IMG/VR virus record: IMGVR_UViG_3300032294_003095
Direction: 5' to 3' (one strand)
Length of the DNA stretch: 20,000 nt
DNA from: an uncultured virus (IMG/VR IMGVR_UViG_3300032294_003095)
Lineage: Duplodnaviria; Heunggongvirae; Uroviricota; Caudoviricetes
Positions 9,149 through 18,711 of this stretch are shown here, piece by piece (the stretch's first letter is position 1; every line of letters begins with the position of its first letter). The notes under the pieces are model-generated. The model worked only from the letters and a program-made list of their open reading frames with translations, made no database searches and was not told the origin of the DNA. The position numbers and the translations under genes were made by a program.

Positions 9149-10915
9149 ATGAAATTTGTTGAGATTTCATTTAGCAATATAAAATCAGAAATTGAGAGGT
9201 TTCTAAGAACTGAGCATAGTAAAGCTGGAATATTATATTCACCAGCTTCACCGTATGGTCAGATATTAAATGTATTAGAAAATTTACATCAATTGTCATT
9301 TTTATATCTTAAAAACTCTATTAAACAATTTGATTTAAGTGAGCCAAATTCGGTAAATGAATCCATAATAAAAAATGCCGCAATTTTCGCAGGCCATATT
9401 CCTGGTAGAAATATATCAGCAACTGGTAATTTAAAATTAACTGTCAAATCCGGCGTCGAGCTTGAGAGTGAATTAAAAGGCGGAAGAGTTACCTTTATGA
9501 ATAAAAAGGCATTAAAAAATAAAACCAATTCACTTGAATATGCATTGAATTTAGGACAGGATAAAATAACATATAATGTCAATAAAAATACTCAAATATT
9601 TTTACCTATTATTCAAGGAAAATTTAAAACTACAAATTTTACTGGAACCGGAAATCTCAATCAGACATTTCAAGTAGCACTTACAGGTAGACAAGATGTT
9701 GAGAATTTTAATGTGGAGGTTTTAGTAAATGGAAGTTATTGGACTATTAAAAGACATATCTATGATCTAAAGCCAAATGAAGAAGCATGTGTTGTTAGAA
9801 CAGGATTTAATGGTGGAATAGATGTTATTTTCGGAAACGGTGGATTTGGATCTATACCACCAATTGGTGCTAGTATAGCTGTAACATACCTTATATCAGA
9901 TGGAACAGATGGGAATATCTTTAGAAGAACATTTAACGATTGGAAGTTTTTAGATGACGCCACTGATGGATTTGGATCACCTATTGATCCTACAAAAATA
10001 TTTGATGTATCAATATTTAATGATATAAATTTTGGGGCAAACAAAGAGAATGTGACATTTACAAAGAATATTTTACCAATCGTTTCAAATAATTTTGTAC
10101 TAGGATTACCACAACAATATGCATATGAAATAAAAAAATTAGGAGTATTCTCACATGTAAACGCATATGAAGACTTGGGTATAGTTTATATTGTAGCAAC
10201 TCCTAATATCAGATTGTTTAAAAATCAAAATGCTGACTACTTTACTGTAGGAACAAGGGCGTTTGAATTAGATAGATATGAGAAGTCTAAAATAGATAAA
10301 TATCTAAGAACTAATGGTAATATTCAAATTACTAAAAAGTATAGAATAGATTCACCTGTTTTATCATATTATATAATGAATATCTTTGTAATAAGATATT
10401 CAGATTCAACTGATGATTCTGTCCAATCTCAAATAATAGATAAGGTTTCTGAATATTTTCTTAACTTTAGTAGAATTGATAGAATACCTAAGTCTGATTT
10501 AATAAAAGAGATATCTGGATTAAATGATGTTCACTCAGTTGATGTTCAATTTATATGCAAAAAAAATGAAGAATATCATAGAGAAGAAATTAGAAGAAAG
10601 GAAAATCAAAAGCTATCGGACTCAAAATTTGAAGTAAACATATCAGCAAATAAAAATAAAGATATACCCGTTCCAAATTCTGGTTTAGAAGTCACAAAGA
10701 CAAGCTTAGATTATAATCCTAACGCTACTATTGGATTAGATCCGGTTTTAGGAGATATAATTTTTGAACCTAAAGAGATACCAATTATTAGAGGTGGTTG
10801 GTATGATAGAAATGGTATTTACTTCTCGGATGAGATGGGTAGTTCGGGATTAAAATCAATTAACATAATTAAAAAAGGTGTTGTTGACTCAAAACTTAGA
10901 AACAATGTTGTATGA
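9149..10915 (+). CDS. Baseplate wedge protein, T4 gp6-like
   Basis: N-terminal FSNIKSEIERFL and AIFAGHIPGRNISATG, and VIFGNGGFGSIPPIGASIAVTYLISDGTDGN, are typical of gp6/baseplate J-like wedge proteins. Confidence 0.8.
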   Translation: MKFVEISFSNIKSEIERFLRTEHSKAGILYSPASPYGQILNVLENLHQLSFLYLKNSIKQFDLSEPNSVNESIIKNAAIFAGHIPGRNISATGNLKLTVKSGVELESELKGGRVTFMNKKALKNKTNSLEYALNLGQDKITYNVNKNTQIFLPIIQGKFKTTNFTGTGNLNQTFQVALTGRQDVENFNVEVLVNGSYWTIKRHIYDLKPNEEACVVRTGFNGGIDVIFGNGGFGSIPPIGASIAVTYLISDGTDGNIFRRTFNDWKFLDDATDGFGSPIDPTKIFDVSIFNDINFGANKENVTFTKNILPIVSNNFVLGLPQQYAYEIKKLGVFSHVNAYEDLGIVYIVATPNIRLFKNQNADYFTVGTRAFELDRYEKSKIDKYLRTNGNIQITKKYRIDSPVLSYYIMNIFVIRYSDSTDDSVQSQIIDKVSEYFLNFSRIDRIPKSDLIKEISGLNDVHSVDVQFICKKNEEYHREEIRRKENQKLSDSKFEVNISANKNKDIPVPNSGLEVTKTSLDYNPNATIGLDPVLGDIIFEPKEIPIIRGGWYDRNGIYFSDEMGSSGLKSINIIKKGVVDSKLRNNVV

Positions 10916-11625
10916 GATATTTGAAAAAAATATTTGAAAATAAAGAAGATATAAATTTCATTGATGAGGAAAAACAAACTCTCACTGAACTTCTCTATGA
11001 AATTAGCGATTTGGGATATAGAATAATAGATATTTCCTATGCGGTTTGCTTAACAAAAGAATTTGATTGGGAATCTTCGTTTAAACTTAATGAAACTGAT
11101 CTAGGTAATAGTTATTATAAGTGTGGATATATCATAGATGTGGATGAAAGACAAGATAGTATAATATCAAATGCATTAGATATAAATAGACTAAATAATT
11201 TCTATGAATTGATAAAGTCAATCACTGAATCTCTAAAGAATATAAATTCCCATTTGGATGCTACATCACATTTTGTTATACGCGGTGGTTCCTGGAAAGA
11301 CATGTCGGATGATGGCGGTTATACACTTTTTATCTTTAAAAATAATCCAACTGATGATGACTACTACTATTTATTAAGAAATGATTTGAACGGATATATA
11401 GATCAGGCTGAAAATTTTTCAGGATTTGAATTATATAAGACAGGATCGGATTATTATTTAGAATTTCAATTACTAGAAGAAGAACCAGTTGCGATAAAAC
11501 AAATTAAACAACTAAAAGAATTCTGCTCAGATGTTTTCGAAACAATAAAGTATGAATCATTTGAGAAGATTAATAATAGGTCATTCAAGATTAAAAATCC
11601 AAAAATAGAATCAATTAAAATTTAA
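10912..11625 (+). CDS. Hypothetical acidic protein with N-terminal capsid-targeting-like motif (MRYLKKIFENKE)
   Basis: 237-aa ORF with an ATGA overlap to the gp6-like gene. Confidence 0.7.
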   Translation: MRYLKKIFENKEDINFIDEEKQTLTELLYEISDLGYRIIDISYAVCLTKEFDWESSFKLNETDLGNSYYKCGYIIDVDERQDSIISNALDINRLNNFYELIKSITESLKNINSHLDATSHFVIRGGSWKDMSDDGGYTLFIFKNNPTDDDYYYLLRNDLNGYIDQAENFSGFELYKTGSDYYLEFQLLEEEPVAIKQIKQLKEFCSDVFETIKYESFEKINNRSFKIKNPKIESIKI

Positions 11626-11626
11626 T

Positions 11627-11881
11627 ATGTTATTCGAAAGAAAAGAAATACCAGAACTTCATTTTATGAAGCACCGTCATGATAATAATGATCAATATGT
11701 TGATTATGAAAAACAAATATTGAACTCATCACTATCACCATATATGTATGAGAATAATCTTATGAATTCATGGTTGAATAAAATGCAACCACTAACTTCA
11801 ATTTTATTTGATCAAATGAATGTAGTGAAAAATTTTAAAAACTATATGGTGGATAAATACTATTATAAACATAATAGATAA
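11627..11881 (+). CDS. Small hypothetical protein (possibly baseplate-associated)
   Basis: 84-aa ORF tightly packed in the operon; function inferred from context only. Confidence 0.55.
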   Translation: MLFERKEIPELHFMKHRHDNNDQYVDYEKQILNSSLSPYMYENNLMNSWLNKMQPLTSILFDQMNVVKNFKNYMVDKYYYKHNR

Positions 11882-11936
11882 TAAAAAAAACCATTATTTA
11901 TTTATAATATATAATAGACAACAAATTTTAAAAAAG

Positions 11937-12568
11937 ATGGCTAATAATAATAAGAAAATATCAGGATTTAAAAAATTCACTGAAATGAAAAGTGAAAAAA
12001 ACGAATTAGAAGAGGTTAATCTTAGCGCTCAACCTGTTACTGATTCTGATAGACCAGGAAATCCAAACCTACCTAAAGATTCAAAAAAAATAGAAAAAAT
12101 GCCATCAAGAAAGGGTGTAATACCTCAAGATCAAAATGTCGATCTAAACACACCAATAAATAAAGACGAAAAAACAAATGAAGATAACGAGGTTAAGCTT
12201 TATGGTAAAGTTGCTAAATTTCCTAAAAAGACTAAAGCATCTAAAGCCTATAATTTTTTAGAAAATGTTAAAATATCAAAAAACTCTATTTGGTACATTC
12301 TAATAGAAAAACAAGATAATGAGCTTCAGATGGTTAAGTATAACAATAAGAAGGGATTTGATATGTCTAAATTTGTACAAGAGTTAAAAACATTTTATTT
12401 GAATCAATATTCAAATGATCCAAAAATGGTAAAACTTATAGAGTCTATTGAAGTTGGTGGAGCTGAAGAGTTTTCTGCAATAAAGAATATACCAAATGTT
12501 GAGATAAGTAAAGGTAAAAAACTTATTTCTAAAATAACTGAAGATTTAATTAAACTTTTAAGTAAGTA

Positions 12569-12569
<1 letters not shown>
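11937..12569 (+). CDS. Hypothetical protein with near-N-terminal KKISGFKKFTE motif
   Basis: 210-aa ORF with TAATATATA at 11905-11913. Confidence 0.7.
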
Positions 12570-14163
<1,594 letters not shown>

Positions 14164-14164
14164 T

Positions 14165-14521
14165 ATGAATTATTTTCCAAATATTGATAAAGTTAAATCA
14201 ATTGCTGAAATTTTACAATTTGATAGTGCAAATTCAAAAACTAAATTAGAATACATTATCTATACATATCTATTGGAAGATTATAAAGTTTTTGATAATA
14301 GTAAAGATTATTGGCTAACATCAACAATGATAGCCAATAATCTTTTAAATAAAGATTTTATAAAATCAATAAAAAAACAAAGTCAGAATTTTATCTATTC
14401 AAAAATTGACCAAGTAGTAGTTGCAGTACTTTTACAGAGATCATCTGAAACTCCTAAAAAGAGATCAGCAATAGATACAATAAATCCAGACCTGCAAGAA
14501 GACGAACCATTTAGAAAATAA
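14165..14521 (+). CDS. Hypothetical protein
   Basis: 118-aa ORF starting 1 nt after the purA stop. Confidence 0.6.
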   Translation: MNYFPNIDKVKSIAEILQFDSANSKTKLEYIIYTYLLEDYKVFDNSKDYWLTSTMIANNLLNKDFIKSIKKQSQNFIYSKIDQVVVAVLLQRSSETPKKRSAIDTINPDLQEDEPFRK

Positions 14522-15203
14522 TTTTATTCTTAATTAATATTTCGTTAAAGTCTTGTCTTCTCTCAAATTGACTATTAACAACTTTAAAACACTTATCTAC
14601 AAATCTACCATTTGAAGTTTTAATAACAATCCCTTCTCTAATACCATCTCTATAATCAGATTGAAGTTCAGACAAAGAAATAACTTCTTTAATAGAATTA
14701 AGTATCATCCTTTTTGGTTTGATATACGAGATTGAATTTTTATCAAGTAATCCACTAACGACATCTGGTGATAAAAAATTCTGATCTTCAACTGACCAAA
14801 TATCGTAAGCCAGAAATAAATCTGGAAGTTTATCATAATAAATCGAGTGTTTAGCAAGCATCCACTCACCATAAATTGTAATTGGTGAATAACATAAATC
14901 ACTAATCATTTTTATTTCTTCTTCATGTTTGTGCAACCAATTCCAAGCTGGTCTAAACTGTAGTTTAGCCGGTGTATTCTTTTCGATATATCCCTTTTTA
15001 AGTATATGATTTCTATTTCTTAAAATAGGACCATCTTGCCAGGATATACCCATATTTGCACCATCAACTTTCTCTTGAACAAAACATTCAAGTGGAAAAT
15101 CAATCGGAGACTCCAACTCAATATCATCATGTGTCATATTTGAAATCTCTTTATTAAGATGTGGTATTCTCCAATAGTCTGGAGCAATATTTCGTGTTTT
15201 CAT
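14511..15203 (-). CDS. ATP-dependent RNA ligase family protein (Rnl2-like nucleotidyltransferase domain)
   Basis: Motifs I QEKVDGAN, III IYGEW, IIIa FLAYDI, IV REGIVIK and V FKVV. Confidence 0.85.
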   Translation of the reverse strand: MKTRNIAPDYWRIPHLNKEISNMTHDDIELESPIDFPLECFVQEKVDGANMGISWQDGPILRNRNHILKKGYIEKNTPAKLQFRPAWNWLHKHEEEIKMISDLCYSPITIYGEWMLAKHSIYYDKLPDLFLAYDIWSVEDQNFLSPDVVSGLLDKNSISYIKPKRMILNSIKEVISLSELQSDYRDGIREGIVIKTSNGRFVDKCFKVVNSQFERRQDFNEILIKNKIIF

Positions 15204-15367
15204 TTCTCTGGATTTTTATACTTATCATAAAGGTGCCATATTGAAATAGCACTTAACTCCAACAGGAAAAAGAATACTTTATCCGTTGGCTGATCATTTG
15301 TCGCAAATGTGTAAACCACAAATATGATTATCACAAGTACTTCTAATATTGATATTAATCTTTTCAT
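15200..15367 (-). CDS. 55-aa small membrane protein (absent from ORF track)
   Basis: MKRLISILEVLVIIIFVVYTFATNDQPTDKVFFFLLELSAISIWHLYDKYKNPEK. It fills the gap exactly, has ATGA overlaps at both ends, and contains two hydrophobic segments. Confidence 0.75.
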   Translation of the reverse strand: MKRLISILEVLVIIIFVVYTFATNDQPTDKVFFFLLELSAISIWHLYDKYKNPEK

Positions 15368-15642
15368 TGTAAAATATTTTCTATTAATTTGTCTAAATTG
15401 TATTCACGTAAATTCGTTAATTCGAGTTTTACATAAATCTTATTTTGTTTAATTTTTATAACCCTAACTATTCTATAACAACTACCGTTGTAATATACTA
15501 AATCATCTTTAGAATTTAAAAAGTTAATAACTTCTTTATTATTTTTAAATTCCAAAATAGATTCATCTAACTTATCTTGTTCTATATAAGAAGACCAATT
15601 TCCCCATCTATTTTTAGTCTGTACCTTAGCGTGCCTAATCAT
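15364..15642 (-). CDS. Hypothetical protein
   Basis: 92-aa ORF with ATGA overlaps at both ends. Confidence 0.65.
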   Translation of the reverse strand: MIRHAKVQTKNRWGNWSSYIEQDKLDESILEFKNNKEVINFLNSKDDLVYYNGSCYRIVRVIKIKQNKIYVKLELTNLREYNLDKLIENILQ

Positions 15643-16286
15643 ATCTCTAATAGTTTTTTATCTCCATTAAGTTCTTCAAGTAAAGCTCTCTCACCGTGTA
15701 GTTCTTTGACTTTTTGAAGCCATTCTTTTGTTTTAACTTTTACCATCCAGACTTCATCTTTTTGATTTTTTGTTTTCAAAACACCCTTAACAATAACACC
15801 TTCTTTTAGATTGTATTGATTGTCACGGATTGTTTGAACAAAATCCATTGTATAAGGACCCTTGTAAATAACATCAGGAATGTGTAGATGTCCAAAATCT
15901 TCAACAAATTCATAAGGTGAAATTATACCTCTTTTATATTGGTGTATATCAAAAATTACAACGTCTTTTTCTTCATTTGTATGCCTTCCTGAAAATGAAT
16001 TTTCACCAAAAAACTCACCAAATACAACAAAAGTATCCACACTTCTATATTTTTTTCGGAAAACTCTTTCAATATCATCAGAATACTTGTTAAGAAATAT
16101 ATCTATTGAGTGACCAAATATTTCGTCATTTTGGTCTATGAGGTTATTTCTAGTTCCAAATTTATAGAACCCTCTATTACTATTCCACTGAAACCTCACA
16201 TTAGAACCGTCTATTTTGTCGAAGGCTATGCAATATCTGCCAAATTCTATTTTGTTATAGTAGTCTATTTTATTATATCTTTCCAT
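15639..16286 (-). CDS. Second RNA ligase family protein (nucleotidyltransferase domain only)
   Basis: Motifs I FDKIDGSN, III VFGEF, IIIa VIFDI, IV KEGVIVK and V VKVKT. Confidence 0.82.
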   Translation of the reverse strand: MERYNKIDYYNKIEFGRYCIAFDKIDGSNVRFQWNSNRGFYKFGTRNNLIDQNDEIFGHSIDIFLNKYSDDIERVFRKKYRSVDTFVVFGEFFGENSFSGRHTNEEKDVVIFDIHQYKRGIISPYEFVEDFGHLHIPDVIYKGPYTMDFVQTIRDNQYNLKEGVIVKGVLKTKNQKDEVWMVKVKTKEWLQKVKELHGERALLEELNGDKKLLEI

Positions 16287-17338
16287 AGTTTGTGCCTTTT
16301 TGATGAATTTATACTTCTCTTAGTTATACAAAGATTATCAATATGACATATTTCATCTACTGAAATGTCATTTATGAATCCATAATAAATAGATATTTTA
16401 TGGTCAATAGTCGGATAATTTTTATCAGTATTTTTAAGACTTAAATATGTCTTAATGAACTCACCATCATAATAGTCATGTCCATCCCATTTCTCAAATA
16501 ATCTATTTTTAATTTTACTCGTCAGTCTTCTACATTCTCTTTTATACAAGTCAAATGGTAGTAGCAAGTTATCGGGAACTACAAGTCCCTTTTCTATTAA
16601 AGATTTTCTAGATTTTTCCTTTATTTGTAAGTTGTTTTTAAAAAAGTCACTTTGGAACAAATAATCACATCCATACTTTTCATTATTTTTCTTAATAATT
16701 TTATCTTTAATTTCTTCATTTTTTAAAGGATGTCCACCGTAATTTTCATACCAAGTCTCATTCCTCTTTTTATTACATTTATCTAAAAATACTTCTCTCT
16801 CTTCTTTACTCATTTTTTTCCACATAATTTTTGAATTTAAGGAAAAAAGATCACTCTTTGTTAAACCATACTTGTCTAAGTAATAGTTGTCATTATTTAT
16901 TTTATCTATAACCTGTTTTATTTGAAAAACATTATCTACTCCATATTTTTCTTTCACTGTACTATTTTTTTTATCATATTTAATAGTGCCTTTTGATAAA
17001 ACATTTTTAGCTCCATATTTTTTAAAATTGGTCTTCTCTCTTTTATCCATAGAAGATATGGCAGCTGCTGAATACCCTCTCTTGGATATATTATATTGTT
17101 CTAACATAAACAATGTTAAATTATAAGAGACTCCGTATTTTTCCTTTATATCAGGTAATGACATTTTTTTATTAACATAGACATCTAACAAGTTATCATA
17201 TGTAAATATGTTTGGAAAATTATATTCTAAGTACATCCTTTTTAGTTCATTTAAAGGTATGTTATTTTTATTTTCTTTGCAATATTTCAAATGGTTCTGG
17301 CTAGAATCTTTATCACACAAAGGACATTTTTTATTCAT
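16265..17338 (-). CDS. Putative free-standing HNH homing endonuclease with KYG repeats
   Basis: N-terminal CPLC, repeated T/N-x-x-K/E-KYG-x-x-N units, and C-terminal TIDHKISI...NLCITKRSINSSK (HNH-type). It has its own TTATATATA motif at 17351-17359. Confidence 0.7.
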   Translation of the reverse strand: MNKKCPLCDKDSSQNHLKYCKENKNNIPLNELKRMYLEYNFPNIFTYDNLLDVYVNKKMSLPDIKEKYGVSYNLTLFMLEQYNISKRGYSAAAISSMDKREKTNFKKYGAKNVLSKGTIKYDKKNSTVKEKYGVDNVFQIKQVIDKINNDNYYLDKYGLTKSDLFSLNSKIMWKKMSKEEREVFLDKCNKKRNETWYENYGGHPLKNEEIKDKIIKKNNEKYGCDYLFQSDFFKNNLQIKEKSRKSLIEKGLVVPDNLLLPFDLYKRECRRLTSKIKNRLFEKWDGHDYYDGEFIKTYLSLKNTDKNYPTIDHKISIYYGFINDISVDEICHIDNLCITKRSINSSKRHKLWKDIIK

Positions 17339-17376
17339 GATTTTTATATTTATATATAAAATTAACGACCTTCCGT

Positions 17377-17595
17377 CTAACTTTCAAAATCTTTATTTAA
17401 TTCATTTTTAATCCACTCTTTAAGCTGATGCTTTTCAGAGCGTTTTACACTTCTTTTCTCTCTTTCAAGATCTTTTTTGATTTTCTTAACCATATTCGGA
17501 TCTTGTATAAAACGGAGAGCTCGTTTTCTTTTCTTTATATCTTGGACTTTTTCTTCATATGTGTTTTCAAAGTCCTCATTATCAATTGTTTTCAT
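17377..17595 (-). CDS. Small highly charged (K/R/E-rich) protein; first gene after the attenuator
   Basis: 72-aa ORF starting ~28 nt after the second terminator, with an A-rich leader. Confidence 0.65.
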   Translation of the reverse strand: MKTIDNEDFENTYEEKVQDIKKRKRALRFIQDPNMVKKIKKDLEREKRSVKRSEKHQLKEWIKNELNKDFES

Positions 17596-17623
17596 ATCTG
17601 TTTAATTTTTTTGATTTGTGCAT

Positions 17624-17653
17624 AAAAAACCCAGTTGTTCGAACTAACTGGGT
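17624..17653 (-). terminator. Intrinsic terminator T2 of tandem pair
   Basis: ACCCAGTT-A-GTTCGAAC-AACTGGGT followed by TTTTT. Confidence 0.85.
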
Positions 17654-17686
17654 AAAAAAACCCAGTCAACTTGTGATTGACTGGGT
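17654..17686 (-). terminator. Intrinsic terminator T1 of tandem pair
   Basis: ACCCAGTCAA-TCACAAG-TTGACTGGGT followed by TTTTTT. Confidence 0.88.
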
Positions 17687-17715
17687 AGATATGGTTATAG
17701 CACTACTGACCTCGG

Positions 17716-17751
17716 TCAATCATTTCTGAATATGTAGTACATTACTTTCAT
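17716..17751 (-). CDS. Putative 11-aa attenuator leader peptide MKVMYYIFRND
   Basis: ATG AAA GTA ATG TAC TAC ATA TTC AGA AAT GAT TGA lies between the promoter and the terminators. The stop codon sits inside a segment complementary to the 5' arm of T1. Confidence 0.65.
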   Translation of the reverse strand: MKVMYYIFRND

Positions 17752-17786
17752 TTTTCTGTGTCTTTATTTATTATTTATTTATAATA

Positions 17787-17817
17787 CAAATATACAAAAA
17801 GTTTTAAAACTTCCAAA
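17787..17817 (-). promoter_or_regulatory. Bacteroidota-type primary sigma promoter (-33 TTTG, -7 TAnnTTTG)
   Basis: TTTG (17817-17814), 19-nt spacer, TATATTTG (17794-17787); this matches the known Bacteroides/Flavobacterium consensus and spacing. Confidence 0.75.
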
Positions 17818-17823
17818 TTATTT

Positions 17824-18483
17824 TTACCATCCAATGTTTTTACTCAAGTTGGCGTTAAATCCACCAAAGTGTTTAAATAGTCTATCTTTCATATACTCGC
17901 CTGCCGCGCCATGAAATAGTTTATTGTCAGAACTACCATGTCTCCATAGATATGCCAATTCTCTATGAGACATTGAATCTATTTTTTCTTTATCTTCTGT
18001 AGATAATTCTTCTATATTTTCATTAATAAATCTATTAAACTCTTTAACATGAGTCAATTTTTGATCTTTTGCCAAAAATTCTTCACTTGATAACTTCTTA
18101 CTTGAAGGTTCTCTATATTGACCCTTCTTAGGAGTTTCAGCCAAGTGATCTTCACTTGATAGATTTGAATTATTAGGCTTTTTAGAAGAAACATGGTCTT
18201 GCTTCTTCATATCTTTTGATAGTTTTTGATCTTTGTGATTTATCTCTTTGTGAGCTTCATTGAAAGAGTCAAAAGTCATTACATTACTTTCTTTAACCTT
18301 TTCTGGAAGATTTTTATGCTTAGTTTTTGCAAAATCTCTTAATTGTTTTTCAGTCATTGATTTAGCTAATTTTTTTATCTCATCAGCATAATCTGGATTC
18401 AAGTCTTTAGCCTTTACTTCACCTCTTTTATAAGCAAGTGCTTGACCCATTAATCTTTGTTGTGTTTTTGAAACAGATGGCAT
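17824..18483 (-). CDS. DUF3008-like domain protein with C-terminal extension
   Basis: N-terminus MPSVSKTQQRLMGQALAYKRGE...SMTEKQLRDFAKTKHKNLPEKV resembles DUF3008. Internal short repeats (KDQKL, LSSE); TAATATATA at 18506-18514. Confidence 0.7.
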   Translation of the reverse strand: MPSVSKTQQRLMGQALAYKRGEVKAKDLNPDYADEIKKLAKSMTEKQLRDFAKTKHKNLPEKVKESNVMTFDSFNEAHKEINHKDQKLSKDMKKQDHVSSKKPNNSNLSSEDHLAETPKKGQYREPSSKKLSSEEFLAKDQKLTHVKEFNRFINENIEELSTEDKEKIDSMSHRELAYLWRHGSSDNKLFHGAAGEYMKDRLFKHFGGFNANLSKNIGW

Positions 18484-18536
18484 ATATAGATAGTTAATTT
18501 TCTATTATATATTAACTTCTATAAGTTAGATTTTAG

Positions 18537-18626
18537 CAGAGGAGATGGGACTCGAACCCACACACCAGGTTACCCCGATGACCGACTTTCCAGGCCGGAC
18601 CGATACCAGTTTCGGATGACTCCTCT
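18537..18626 (-). tRNA. tRNA-Ser(GGA)
   Basis: Acceptor AGAGGAG/CTCCTCT with G73, anticodon arm CCGGC-CTGGAAA-GTCGG, long variable arm, T arm GTGGG-TTCGAGT-CCCAT; no encoded CCA. Confidence 0.92.
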
Positions 18627-18633
18627 AAATTTG

Positions 18634-18706
18634 TAGTTCCAGTGAGATTCGAACTCACATTATATCTTTCGCAAAGATACGCCCTATCCAGTTGGACGAT
18701 GGAACC
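18634..18706 (-). tRNA. tRNA-Arg(GCG)
   Basis: Acceptor GGTTCCA/TGGAACT, D arm GTCC/GGGC, anticodon arm TATCT-TTGCGAA-AGATA, T arm GTGAG-TTCGAAT-CTCAC; 73 nt. Confidence 0.9.
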
Positions 18707-18711
18707 ATTTG

